64,000 bases of DNA, taken from contig NMRA01000730.1 in NCBI GenBank assembly GCA_002633005.1, positions 62,001-126,000 of the forward strand, written 5' to 3'. The stretch comes from Phoronis australis. Taxonomy: Eukaryota > Animalia > Phoronida. A model generated the notes under the pieces. It was not told where the DNA came from. It worked only from the letters and a program-made list of their open reading frames with translations, and did not search any database. A program made the translations under genes and the position numbers. Positions 37,199 to 50,300 of this stretch are shown one piece after another; the stretch's first letter is position 1; each line of letters opens with the position of its first letter.

Positions 37199-37492
37199 TT
37201 TCAGCGTCACCATCGCATGTCTCTTCAGGAGTACACTTCGACGATATAGGGCCCACATCTGCCAACCTTTCCTGGGCCACGGCCTCTAATTCCTCGTTTT
37301 GCAACTTGGGCTACTCAATAAGTGGGTCAAGTGTTGAGATGGAGCGCATTGAGCCAAACACAGGAAGCGGCCGATTTCTTTACCGATGTTGGCTTGGCGA
37401 TCTTCAAGAAGCAACAAATTACAGCCTCTCCATACAATGCAGAAATGCAAGTAAAATTGTAGTATGGCAGACGATGGAGCACTTTAAAACTC
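37199..37492 (+). CDS. Fibronectin type III domain exon of an unnamed type I membrane protein
   Basis: SGVHFDDIGPTSANLSW...LGDLQEATNYSLSIQC...EHFKT; 294 nt phase 1-1 exon, typical of FN3 modules. Confidence 0.8.
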
Positions 37493-37530
37493 GTGAGTAT
37501 TTGAGACTAAATCTTCCCACTTATAGAGGA

Positions 37531-37655
37531 GGCAGTGTGGCCTAGTGGGATAAGTGTCCATAACTCAAGGTTGTGGGTTTGATTCCCATTGGGCACTCTG
37601 CTAGACCCTCGAGTCGGGTCTCTAGCTCCTCAGCTCAGTTATCAACTAATAAAAC
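37531..37655 (+). mobile_element. tRNA-derived SINE-like fragment
   Basis: GGCAGTGTGGCCTAGTGG (A-box) ... GTGGGTTTGATTCCC (B-box), then a non-tRNA body. Confidence 0.55.
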
Positions 37656-38239
37656 ATGAAAATAGTTCCAGGTGATCAATACTGTGGCCCACGTGAGCGG
37701 CCTGTGCAAGCAGTCTTGTACAGCTTTTTACCCACTTTTCAGGTTATTTTACAGTACATAACAAAATTATTGGACAAAATTACCCAGAATTCCATCATGA
37801 TGATCGAAAGTCATTGGAATTCCATAGTGCGACAGCTGAGTGCAAGTAGCATTCGCCTGATGAAATGAAACAAAATTTTCTGATTATTTTGATGTGCATG
37901 TGGTATATTCCATAAGCTCGAGTCATGGTACTGATGTAAATGTGTGATAGGCTTGTGAAGTTGCCATTGTTTGCATGTGCACGAGTCTTGCATAAGAAGT
38001 CTTAAAATTTTTACTCGAAAAAAGAATATTTTACATTAGCCCAGCCTAGGAGAGAACTTGTATTGTCCTTTAAATATAATTTTCAGATAGTTGCTGCATC
38101 CTGTGTCATTATCAATATAAGTTTAATCATTTCTTTTAGAACAGATTAGAACAATATAATTGAAAAGAGGTTTTTCCTAGTCTCGTTGAAAGTATGTTGT
38201 AAGTGAAATCAACTTAATCGTAGACCTTGGAGTTGGAGT

Positions 38240-38463
38240 TCGAACGTTTCGAACTGTGCTCTACAGTTCTTTTTCAAGGGCTGGTAGGGGATTGTCCTGA
38301 TTTCCGGTCCTTATGTTACCCGGAAGTAATATAGCGTCGTAGATCGGTGGGAGTTGTAGACCTTGGTCCCAGTTCATGGTAGGCTTTTTGGCTTTAGAAA
38401 ATAATGTTGACTCTTTGATCTTCCTAGAAAACCAGTATTCTTCTTGGGCCAGTATTTTGGCAT
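38240..38463 (-). mobile_element. Penelope-like element 3' remnant (GIY-YIG C-terminus plus hammerhead-like motif)
   Basis: Minus frame AKILAQEEYWFSRKIKESTL...KPTMNWDQGLQLPPIYDAIL resembles the PLE endonuclease tail (RKIKEA..I..P.LNRD.G..LP.IY); followed by TTGAAAA-A-stem-GAAACGTTC. Confidence 0.75.
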
Positions 38464-38902
38464 GTTTGTCACATACACTTTATGTGACAAACATGGGGTA
38501 TGGGTGAATTGACACACACGGACTCAAGTCTATGCCACAGCATGCTAGTTAGGGCTATGTTAGTTTTTTGTCCTTTTTTGCTTCTAATTTAATGGGTCCG
38601 TTGGTCACAGCTAAACAATCTCTGTACATGTACATCAATGAAATTACTAATGAGATGCGCTATTATAATTATCCCAGTTCTTTGGTGGATCTTCATGAGA
38701 TATACTGCCACATGTCTTCCTAGTCGGGAAAGCCCGGAGGCATTTGTTTACTTTAGCACCCTCTAGTGACAAATTGTCATTGCATCTGCCTTAATATCTA
38801 ACAAGTCTTGTTTAATGAACCTTCATGAAATTTGACCTATGTGTTCCTAATGTGAGGAGCACAGTTGATTTTGAGTTTTGGATGGCTCTGATTACTATTT
38901 AA

Positions 38903-40274
38903 AGGAGAAGGCAACCTTTTTCCATGTCATTTTTAGTAAAAATGCGGTTCGCTGATTATAATTTATTAATTAGTCTTGCGTTACTCTGGAACTGATGTTT
39001 AGAGGGTTAAGAATTTCCCGCCATTTCGTTTTCTTATAGTCTGACTGTGTGACCTGCTGAGTCGGTCATTGTTTTACCTCGGTTGTCGTTTGCATTGTTT
39101 TATGAGTCAGTCAACATGCCGCATGGTAGTTGCGTACCTGGGTGTACTCATTATAGTCTCACACACTTCGGGTATGCCATTACACCACTTTCCGAAAGAT
39201 GACATGCTCAGCTGTACTTGGCCCGTTCGTGTGAAGAACGCATCGTTACCATTCACGTAATGTACAAAGCAGCAAGCATTTTCTGCCATTGCATTACAAA
39301 AGAGGTATGTACCAGAAATTGATGCAGTTTCTTGCAAAACAACACCTGAAGAAGGGTGCCCTACTGTCACTGTTGATTCCCAGCAGTGCACTGTTGATTC
39401 CCAGCAGTGCACCGTCGCCATCCCAGAGAAATGCGTTTTTGAAGCGAGAAGCCTCGCGAGCTGTGGCCACTACAGTGGCTGGAGGCACTTCATCTACTGT
39501 CATCTGTGCCTCCAAACGTACCCCCAGAGCATGCAATTCCGGGAACTGGCAGTGATTGGCCCTGTTCTGGTGTTGTCTCCAGCCCAGAGCCTGTAAGCAG
39601 TCCTTCAGCTATGTTGAGTAGCGGGAGTCAATACAGGCCAAGTTCAACACCTAGTGGGGAGAACAGTTCGTCGTCTAGTGGTCAGGCCGGTGAGCCAAAC
39701 TTTGATAAGTTTATTGTGGACTTGACTAAAGTATTGGAGCTATGTAGAAGGACAAGGGAGTCAGACGGTTGGATGCAAGCGGTTTGGATGCTCAGGTCAC
39801 CATCCAGTGGGAACACCATGGGCATTCCATTGAGGTCGACATAACAGTGCACACCGTGCTTTAAACTGCACCAAGACGTCTATTGTCAGTCTCTGCCTCA
39901 TCCCTCTCAACAACTGTCTGTATTCTGCCTCACTATACTCAGGCTCAAACATATATCCACCCACTGCTACTACAGACTAAAAGATTCCTAAATACAACCT
40001 AATTGAGTTAACAACCTAGCTTGTCATAGAATACTCGTCGATGGAAAGTGGTGACGACAATTTTAGGAGACCAGCACAAAAACAACTGTAGAACAGATCC
40101 TCACAGTAACTGAAACGCACTAGAAATGAAATGGTAGGAAATTCTTAACCCTAGAGTAGTGCACGACTAATTAATAAAATTACGAAGAAGCGTAATTAAC
40201 TGAAGCATATGTCTGGAATAATCAACGAGCAGTATTTTTACGAAAAATGACACGAAAAAAGGTTGCCTTCCCCT
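38903..40274 (+). mobile_element. Internally deleted Kolobok-like DNA transposon with TTAA target duplication
   Basis: TTAA|AGGAGAAGGCAACCTTTTT...AAAAAAGGTTGCCTTCCCCT|TTAA with ~55 bp imperfect TIRs; contains a decayed THAP ORF. Confidence 0.8.
39116..39844 (+). pseudogene. Frameshifted THAP-domain (transposase N-terminal) pseudogene
   Basis: MPHGSCVPGCTHYS / GMPLHHFPKDDMLSCTW / SKHFLPLHY...LKKGALLSL pieced over frameshifts, then DKFIVDLTKVLELC. Confidence 0.7.
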
Positions 40275-40555
40275 TTAAATATTTTTCAAAATGTACTCCT
40301 CTTATACCGTTACCGTTTGTAATGCGCATGGTGGGCACATATGAAAACTGTGCGTTGATTGTACTTGTTTACTATGTTATGTGTGAGAATGGATCATTGA
40401 TACTGCTGGATTGAGATTTGAAGTGGCCATTTCAAGACGTGAAGCCTTGTTCTAGGACCATCAAATGCTAAAACCATAAAGAAGTTGGCAAATAAAGTCT
40501 CATGGTGAACACACAATTCATGGTGTGGAAATAAAGTTTTTACTATTGTTTCCAG

Positions 40556-40805
40556 TATCCAAACCCACGCCATTTAATAGGACCACCATTCAATCAACAA
40601 CAGAGGTCTCCACTGATACAACCATTACATCAGAAGCTGCAACGACACAGGTCATCAACACAGCACCACCGCCATCTGCTGGAACCGCGTTAGACATCGT
40701 CCTTGGTGCTCTATCAGCTCTGTTGGGTGTTATATTAATGGGTATTGTGACGTTCTACCTCTGGCGAAAATACCAACGTCGAAGAAGAATTCGACAATTT
40801 TTCAG
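40556..40805 (+). CDS. Thr-rich stalk + TM + basic juxtamembrane exon of the FN3 protein
   Basis: TTIQSTTEVSTDTTITSEAATT...DIVLGALSALLGVILMGIVTFYLWRKYQRRRR; ccag acceptor, AG|gtatg donor. Confidence 0.8.
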
Positions 40806-41821
40806 GTATGGGTATTCTCATGTATGCATTAACACAGCATTATATTAATGCTCTTTATATGCACGTACTGAACTGTTCATTGTGATTAGGTTTTACTGTA
40901 GTCAGTTATGACAGAGGTACAATAAATAATGGTAAAGCTTCACACGCTGCTGTATGTTGATCTCAGGAACCCATTTGGGAGGGCTGGGCTATGTATAATA
41001 CATGAGGGGTAATAATACAATTATCCTCTCAGCTAGGACCATAAGCCCTTTGTTAAGTTGTATTGAGTTGCCCAGTCCTAGTGAGACAGCTGTATGACTA
41101 AGAGCAGGATCGACAAAGATCTGCTTTCACTGACCTTGCATGTCAGTTTCAAAAGTCCTATTGTATGGGAGCGACACCCATGGTCTACAATGGTCGCACA
41201 AACTTCTAAGCCCCTATGCTGACTAGCTACCCTCTCCAAGTTCAAATGGGGAGGGAGCTTCCATGTAGAATTCACTCATTTGTGGGGTTTTCTTCAGGAA
41301 ACACCAGCCTGTTACAGGTGTTAATTCCATTAACCTAACCCTTTTGTAGAGGTCCTTGGACAACTGTTTTGTTAACCCATTAAGCCTGAAATAGTACAAT
41401 TGATGTCATGCTGTCAAAAATGAGCGTTTGGAGAAACAGATATTATAAAAAATCCTATTGTTGATTTTTACAGGATAGTGCACCCTTTCTCAGAATATTT
41501 TACCTGCTTAAGTGAACAATTTTGCGGGGTAAATCAGAAAAGGAGAAAAGACTGAGATGCTTTTACAGTGAATTTTGTTGGAAGGCACTCATTTGTAACG
41601 GAACTGGTAGCGAAATTTTGTAGGCAGTGAGTCTTATATGGAAGTACTCCCCGGTGCAATTTTTATCTGTATTTCAAAGGTGACCGATCTTATGTTTGTT
41701 AAATGGCGTTGCAGGCACACGTGGGAGTACACCCCCCCCCCCATCTCCCACCTACGAATTTTTCTGTCCTTACACTCTAGGCTAACATTACTGATGTTTT
41801 GTTTGTGTTTTGTCATTGTAG

Positions 41822-41867
41822 ACACCATCAACTTGCTCAGCCTTTTCCATCAGAAGTTAACATGTAA
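41822..41867 (+). CDS. Candidate terminal exon of the FN3 protein (RHHQLAQPFPSEVNM*)
   Basis: Polypyrimidine-rich acceptor tgtcattgtag; alternative acceptors at ~41297 and ~41473 are also possible. Confidence 0.4.
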
Positions 41868-44800
41868 TCCAGATGATGTTTGTGAAGTGGCGCCACCACT
41901 TGGGAGAACTAACAAATTTGAGGGTGTTGTGCAATAATACAAAGAAAGGTGTTGTGCGTCACAAGGATCCTGTTGGAATACCCGCCAAAGGCTTAACATA
42001 GTGGTGCTACTTGTAGGGGCGTACTTTGGAGATTTTGTCAATCGGGTTTGTTTTCATCCNCCTCCAGTCTTATTTAACGCTATGCTTGAGTGTGTTTTCC
42101 CGCCTTTATTCTATGTGCAGATCAAGGGATGAACTTGAGCCAATGTCACTGAAGGTCGTATAGGTGCACTGAGATGTGGTGTCAAGTGTAACATGATTAA
42201 TTAAAAGTACACTAAACGTGTAACTTCTGTCAAAAAGAAACAATTTTTTACTTAGGTCACCTATCATAAAATCAGTCTCGTCCTACTCCTTTCTTGGCAT
42301 ATGAAGAATTGCTATGTCTTCATCACTTCAGAACTGGCTCTTAAAGTTGCTTTGTCTTGATGGATTAGTCGTAGCCACCCAAGCAGTATGGCTTTTGGTG
42401 TATTCCAGATATTTTGCTATAACCAATTTCAGATTTAACTGAAAATAATAACTGCGATAATGGTGTTACTTTAGAAGAATAAATACGCCTGCGAAAAAGA
42501 TGTTTTGATCTTCAAAACGTGGTTTATAGTTTGGCTCTGGTTATTGATCCGTACAATGTAGCTTTCCTGTTACTGCAGTGGTGTTTTGTTATTTTTCGTC
42601 CAATTAGTTATCACCCAGGATTGGTCCCTGCTATTTGTGTTAGTCTGTGAATGAAATTTCGTAATCAGCATTTCAAATGAAAGCGTTACCTAGGGTGCGT
42701 TTGTGGAAAAAGGCACACTAAAATCTTTTTGACAACCTAACGTGGACAATCTGGGAAACAGTAAAACTGACATAAGTCGGACATGCATCAGTTGGATTTT
42801 TGCTTGAAAGGATACTAACCCCCTCATTTGATGATTTCAACCAATCGTTGTTCTGTTACCTGTTAATGCATCATTGGCATTAATCTTGAAATGTAAATGC
42901 AGGAATCAACTAAAAACTCATACTCTCTACTTCACAAATTGGACATCTTGCTCCTTGGTGGGTGGTCTTTCTCCAAAGCTGCCACGTAATTGGCTAAAAA
43001 TGTAGGTCATGCTAATCTGTTTAGCAGACTTCGAAAGTTTTCAAATTTTCCTTTAAACTTTACAGGGTTGTCAAGGGTTACAAAGCATTATTTTGGATGA
43101 GGAAATCGCTTTTAATACATGATCATAGGCCAAAACTGGGTTTGGTATACTTTCAACTTGAACAAAGTTCACGGGTACAGCTTTTCACTCGGGCCTTCAC
43201 ATAATATAGATTTGCCATATTCGGATTGAATCTCTCAGTCCGATTGCATCAGACTTATGTGAGTTGTATTGTGGTTTTAAGATTGCATTTACAAATCAGT
43301 TTTTATCTTGCATAAATTACCAAAATGTTAACCGAGCTCAATTGTCAGTTGCTAAATCTGTTAATGATAATAATGTGAAGCATGTCAGCAGAAAGTCATT
43401 TTGTATGCTATTTTATTCTGTCGTCGTATTCAGGGAAAATGTACGTTGCCCAGTAGTAGTTATGTCCAGCCAAAGTAGGCATGTTTATAACCACCGTATG
43501 TTTGGTTATTTGGTTATAGAGAGCCTCACGGGAGTAGAAATGTACTCCATATGTAATTCCGCCCAGTTTAATGCCCTTGTTTGGCTGAACACCGCCTCCT
43601 GATTTTCCAAATTTCACTTTTTGATGCCTCAAAAATCCCAGACTTCACTTCCTTTCTATTTCCGTTGGCATTATGCCAAAAATACCGACCTTCGCCTAAA
43701 ATGACTTTGAATGTTTGCCAAGTACAGTGGGTAACTTTAACTCACCAGACGGTGTATATGAAGAAAGCCCTTCATTTTAATGATCCAGATGGAGAGCAGA
43801 TAGTAGACCATCAGTTCATGGGAGAAGGGTCCCATATCACTATTTGTTTACAGGCATTTCTGTGGTAGGGCCCGTGTTACACTAGCACCACCTAGGGAAT
43901 TTTTAGTTGCCTATTGTTCACGTAACCTGGGCCAGGTTGACTCTCAGTGACGAGCAGTTACACGGAAGTTTTGCGATTATCAAGGACGGAAGAAATGTCG
44001 GATGAAGTGGTGTTCTCACCTTCTGAATGACGTATTAGCTTTGCCCGCTGGCAGTCACCTTTTGCCCTTGTTCTTGAGGCAGCTACCCTTTGCCACTTAG
44101 CTGCCCAAGTGTTTTTAAATGTAGCAAGTGACAAGATTTTGTCTGCGCCATTGTAGGCAGCCAGGGATAATGTGCAACCCAATATTCACTAGGGTGTGCT
44201 AATGTGACAACATTACATGTGTATGGGCATGTGTTTAGGTATTCACTTGGGGCTAGGTGTTCTCACCGGTATTAATGGTGAGTGTTTGGGCAGTGACAGA
44301 ACGGGATCTGTCAGCACAGAGACCACCGCATGATGAACTTAAGTCGCGAGTATTTGGATCATAGCTGGTATTGACTTTGAGGAAATAATAAGATTATTTT
44401 TCACTGTATTAAAATCTGTATTTGTGTTGAGTCATAAACATTGTAGCCATCATTAATTTGAGATGACAATTGATCAAAAATTGAGCTCAGGGGCTCACAA
44501 TTTGAGTGTGGAGGCTGAAAATGGTAACCCACCTTGCTCGAAGAAGCCTGGTGAGAACATTGCGACCCTTAGCAAGCAGACTCTCCTGTGCTAATGTTTA
44601 TTTTATGCTTTCGGTCTGTTCAGGGGTCCGCACCACAAAGTAGAGGAAATGAATGAACTTTGCTCAGTTGATGAAAGACAAGTGTTGAAATTATTTAGAC
44701 GTGTACAGGAGACAAAGTTTATCATTTTGGGGGTCTGGATGTCCTGACCATGAACATGAATTTAATTTCTTATGACTGCCTCATTTTTAATTACATCAGT

Positions 44801-47232
44801 TTTTAAAGTTCATGTTCGTTCAATGTTTCGTCAAATGAACATGAACTTTTTTATTTGTGCGGCGATTGTTTTTAATGCCTCATTTTTACGTGAAAAGTGT
44901 TAGTGAGCTATTTTGTGCTTGATTATGTTGCATTAAAGTGTGCATCATATACTCTGTATGTAAGTTGTCCAAAGAATATATCAAGCGTTTGTTATATAGG
45001 TATATTTTAGTGGTTATTGTATATTATTTTTAATTGTCTGTTTTGAGAAATTGAACATGTAGACATATCAATTCGATAGTAAAAGTGTGCACTGGTTTAG
45101 TCAAGGGTATGAAGTAATCCTGATCATTTTCAGGTATAACATTTCCTTTTTCACAAGCTCCACAGGTGTTCCAATTAACAGCATTGTTTTGGCATGGACA
45201 CAATTGTATTCTCTTGAGCCTTGTTTCGTTTGCTATCCACCTGGATTCTCATTGACCACAAACACCTATGCCACCTATCAAAAAATAAAACTTGACTTGT
45301 CTGCCATATTGTGTCCCATATTTGTGAGGTTTTACCCTAAGTGTCTATTATTCTCTGCTGGAGTATGTTAAGATTTACTTTGATGAGTGTCTTGTCCAAA
45401 TGTGTACTTGATGACCCCTAGATTTCGACTAAACACTCCAGATTTCAAGTTCAGACTCGTACCTATAGCTGTAATGCTGAGGTAAACAAGTGTAGCTAGG
45501 ATTAGACAGTTATTCACATAAAGTCATAAGTACTCCAGCACAGAATTTTGCGCGCCTAAAAAATGAAGGGCTCGAATTTTCAGAATTTGGACCTTGTGGA
45601 CTTCTGTCTTGTTTTCTACTTCTTTCGGATTTTTTGTTTCTCTGAGGCGGATCTTTTGGCCCACTCAAAATTGATTTTGATTTCTGTTACAAAGATAAGC
45701 CTCCCCTTTGGGGTCCCCAAGTGGCATAATGTCTCGTGTGACATGTTTTATGATGCATATGCTTAGAGTACCCGAGAAGGAAATAGAAATATAAGAATTG
45801 CAATAGATGAGATAAGAAATACACCCAGCTCATTAATAATGAATTGTGTCCCTGACAAAAGAAGCCTATACCTGTGGTCATTATGGAAGAAAGACTACCC
45901 TGATATAGGACTACTTACCTTAGTGTCTTGGTTATTTGACTTGGGTTCTTATCACAGGGCTTCATTAGATATGTGCTGATGACTTGATTGGGGGCTCATA
46001 ATTCTCCTCTTTTCAGAGGATTTCCTCTTATTTGATTTCCGGTTTCCCCTTTTTGTCTTTTTAACATTATTTTGACTTTATTCGTACAAAAAATGTTTGT
46101 GGCAGTTAAATTTTATGACACAAAAAGTATTTCTACCACATAAGCCAATTTGCAGAACCATACCTTCATTGGTCATTACCATCCCTGTTGATTTCATTTT
46201 CTCATTTTGCTTGGAGGTCCTTAGTTTCGGACCTATGGTGGACATTTAGTTGAATTCTTGATTTTATTTGCAAGTTACTTCTTTGCATAATGTTATTTTA
46301 TGATGTTCTATTTTTACTGTTATTGTCAGTTTTGAAATGTTTAATGTGTAGTTGAATAATGATTTTGCTGCAAATAATTCTGTTTTAATTTATTCTTGAA
46401 AATTGGCCCAAGGTATCTAGATGCTTTTGCCATTTGACCCTAAAATCACCCTTGTTTCATTGTAATCTAGAAAGCCTGGTATTAAAACTTTTATTAGCTG
46501 AACCATTCTAAATTTTCGGCTCAGGATATTGAGGGGATAATTCAACTGCTGGATGTTCACATAATTTATTAACTGATTAAAGAAAATTTCTATTATTTCT
46601 TGTTGGTGTCAAAGTCTATCTGGTTGTAAGGAATTAACTTCATGTTTAAAGTCAACCTTTGGATCACTTATCTGTATGAGATTGGTCTCAAATAGTATGC
46701 AAATTGATTTCTGGGCTTATAGTGAACTTTTTCAACTTGATTTGTGGCAGGGGTCATTTTATTCGTCATGGGGGGTGGGGGGTGCCAGGGCAGAGTATTA
46801 GGCAGGATTTTGCCCTCATACATTCGCACTTCCGAACTGCCAAATGAAATCAGGGCAAATTTTAGGGGGGGGCATGGCCCCTTTGGCCCCCTCTAAATCC
46901 GCTACTGGAGCCGAGAACAAGTTGAGGCCTTCTCTAAATCAAATGTTAGTTTCTTCTACTGAACGACAGTAGTGCAGCTTTAAAGACCCCCTCCCCTTTA
47001 TATTTACTGTAAAACTAAGTAAATAAACAGATATATCCAAACAAACTGGTTTCGATTTAGACATCGTCTTCATACCTTGGGAGATACAATGCGAGATCGT
47101 CTGCGATAGGTATCCGCAACCCTGCCAAGATGACTGCCATTCTGTGTACTTGCCAAAACCTTTGTGGTAAAGGGGATATACATATTATTATTGTTTTTAT
47201 TATTGTTATTTGTATTTTAGTTATTCTATGCG

Positions 47233-47387
47233 CAGGGGCGTATCCAGCGTTTTTAAAAGGGGGTTCAGATCAAGGATTTTTAAAAAGGGGAGGACAAAAA
47301 TTTGAAAATTCCAGCTTCGATACCGCTAAAATCAAGGGGAAAAGGGGGGCCCGGACCCCGTTGGCCTCCCCCTGGATCCGTCTATGA
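47233..47387. mobile_element. Short non-autonomous element with CAGGGGCG(T/G)ATCCAG...CTGGATCCG TIRs (related fragments ~36056-36125, ~46860-46907)
   Basis: Imperfect terminal inverted repeats and G/C runs typical of small hAT-like MITEs. Confidence 0.55.
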
Positions 47388-50300
47388 TGCTTTGTATATG
47401 ATAACCTATTTTTGAGAACTATTGCCATAGGAACCATATTGGGCTACTAAACGAATTTTTTTACGGTTTTAATCGCAGTAAAATAAGGGGAACGAAGTCA
47501 TGAAGGTCAAGAGTTACACTGACAATTTTGTTGAGTTATTTCTCTTGCTTTATTTGCTTTCATGATGTTTATGTGACTGACATCGCACTAATCTAACACC
47601 GTAATTTATGTGTCTTTTGGCTGAGAAGTATAACGTCATTTTCAATTGAAATTTTTGGACTAGACAACGACAAATCCCCACCGAAGAAAGTAGTCCGCTG
47701 AGTACAAAAATCGGAATGGGCCGAGCAGTCGCACGGCTAGGACATTCATTCATAGAAACTCGAAATGTTTACCTGAAGACTCTACGGCCATTAGAAATTT
47801 ACTGTCGGCAGGTTAATTATGGTCACGGCTGCACGAATTATGGTTACAACATTTTCCCAGTTATTTTGACACCTTCATCTACTTTTGCCATGCCTCATAT
47901 TTTACTGCAACCGTAGGCATAAAGGCTAATTCCGCGAGGTAGAATTTTAATTAAAACTTGGTCAATGCTAGTATCGGGTCTTAGAAAATTAATCATGAAG
48001 AAGAGAGACGGGTATATTTGTTCTTCTTAATTAGTGTACATTTGTGACGTTGCCACGTTCTATTTTCGTTTCTCTTAATGGACGCAAACGGCATTCCTTT
48101 CAATATATTGCGTGTAGCTGGGAGGGTGCTTTTCTATTTAGTGCAAAACTAAGTTGTGCTAGAAAAATTGCCAGTTTGTAACAAATGAAGAATGGTCATT
48201 TCAAGCATTGTTGTTCACGGTTGACGTACAACTGTATAATAATTGTTCAAAGTGAGGCGCTGTCCTCCGTTCAACTTGTTAAGGAGCATTCCCACTGGGT
48301 TTAAATGCGGAAAAGATTACAGTCCAGAAAGCACGAACAAACTTCAGTATCATAGTATTATGAGACGAATGAGTGATTGGAACGTGCATTACAGAAAAAG
48401 ATATTTTTTATAAACGATGTTCTGCCATATGATTGGCTTGAGCGATGAAACTCCACTTGCGTCTAATCATAATGAACACCTGGTCCAACGCTCCCCCCTC
48501 CCCATCTCCTGTCGTTACCCATCTGCCAATCAATCCCCCGCTCACTACTGTTTTCACTTTCCCTGGAGCTAAAAACCCACTCGTAATTAAGTTGTCAGCT
48601 TTCCTTCAGAATTAATTAAGAGTCAAAGTTATTTGGACACATTTGGACTTCAACTGTTGATGGTGGTGAGTTCGCGTTATTTCCACAACTTCCCTGCCTA
48701 CGGGCACGTCATCTGAAACGCCTCGTGAACCCGAGCTAACTGGCGATTGCTGAAAGTGTTGTATTCCGAGAAAAGCGTGCTATTTTTATCCAGTTCCTAC
48801 ATGTATTCCTATGGAACTTAGTCACCCTTTTTCCCAGAAACCCATATTTCGACGACTTGGTTTCAAAGCTATCATGGTTTTAGACTTGCAATTTATAATT
48901 GAAACAAGTAATCAACACGTTTATTTTTCGGATGGGTCACTCAATCAATTTTGTTCGTTCTAGAGGTTTATGGAGGATGTCGGTCCTCCTATGAGCTAGA
49001 TAAGAAAAAATTGAAAAGTGATAACGATAAGGAAATTCAAAAATACCGTCGGTAAGTGGCCACAATTTGGGCTAAATTATTAGACAGCACGACAAAAACG
49101 CAAAAATAACCTTTTAATGCGAAAGTTCCGTTTTGCTATCTGAATATGTAATGTAAGATATTTTTAGGATTTTTTGTCAAATGTGAGCATTGCCTTGTAA
49201 CGACACAATGAGAAGGATCTGTCGATCGAACGGTGGACGTTTGACAGAAATGAACCGCTGCTGGTAAGATTTAACCGTGTTCCCTACTAAATCTTGTCAG
49301 CTAAAATGCAAAAATAAGAAGTAAAACTTCGCTGAAACTGAAAGTATTGAATGCGTATTATCGGTATATTTACACAATTTGTCTAACCGTGAGAAGAAGC
49401 GCCTGTAAATACTTCACCTCCAATGATAAAGCACCCATCGTAAGTGCTTGTCATTTTGGTTATAAAAAGATTAATTTGCATTTACTGACAGACGTCATAA
49501 GCACTATTTGCAAATTATAGAGGAAGATATTTTCTTCAAGTAACGCGAGCTTCCGTCTTTCGCCGGACACAATTAACAGTCGGATAATGAAGGCGATTCA
49601 TTCCGTCTTCTCCTTTTTGACCAGAGGTAAGTTTTCATATAAAGATTTACGAATTTATACAATACAAAACGAATAGGATTTCGTATGCACAAAAACTTGA
49701 TTAACGCGGAAGTATAACCGACTAGCATGAGCGAAACTTGGTTAAACATTAGGATATACCCGAAATCGTATCCAAACTGAAGCTCTCAGTGCTACGAGCG
49801 ATGCTTGTTTTGTTACTGGGAGTAATATAATAGTCCTAGTTTCGGTTGAACTCAACTAAGTATACGCTACTACAACGATACCTGTTGGCGTTCAACTTTT
49901 TTAATGAAAAGTAGAAAGAATTTGGACAACGGACACAAAGGGCATATAAGGGACCTATTCTGTAAGTGAAACATAGGCTTAAGCGCGAACGACTTACACG
50001 AAACCCTTTTTGAGAAATTAGGCATTATTTTGGATGGGCCTAAAAATGCGCACGTACGGTTGATCATTATCACTTTATTATTTGTGAGCAAAATTAATGA
50101 AAAAGCACTGATTTACCACTAATCATGTTGGTTATATATTAAATGACTGGTATTACCGGAGTCGAATACGCTTACTAGCGAGGCGTAGTTAGACTAATTA
50201 CCTTTTTCGCTTGTAAGACCACTAAGCACAACGATCGCCATAAACCCGTCGCACAAGTACACTGTAAGCCTGGATGGTCACCTGCCTCTTTTTCGCTATT

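Noticed and set aside
39107-39536. Minus-strand ORFs (104 aa and 80 aa)
   Set aside because: Antisense shadows of the THAP pseudogene and its 21-bp duplication.
45374-45486. C/D box snoRNA candidate (TGATGA...CTGA with short terminal stem)
   Set aside because: The C box is non-canonical, no guide target was recognised, and it lies between inverted repeats (~45350 / ~45546) suggesting a MITE.
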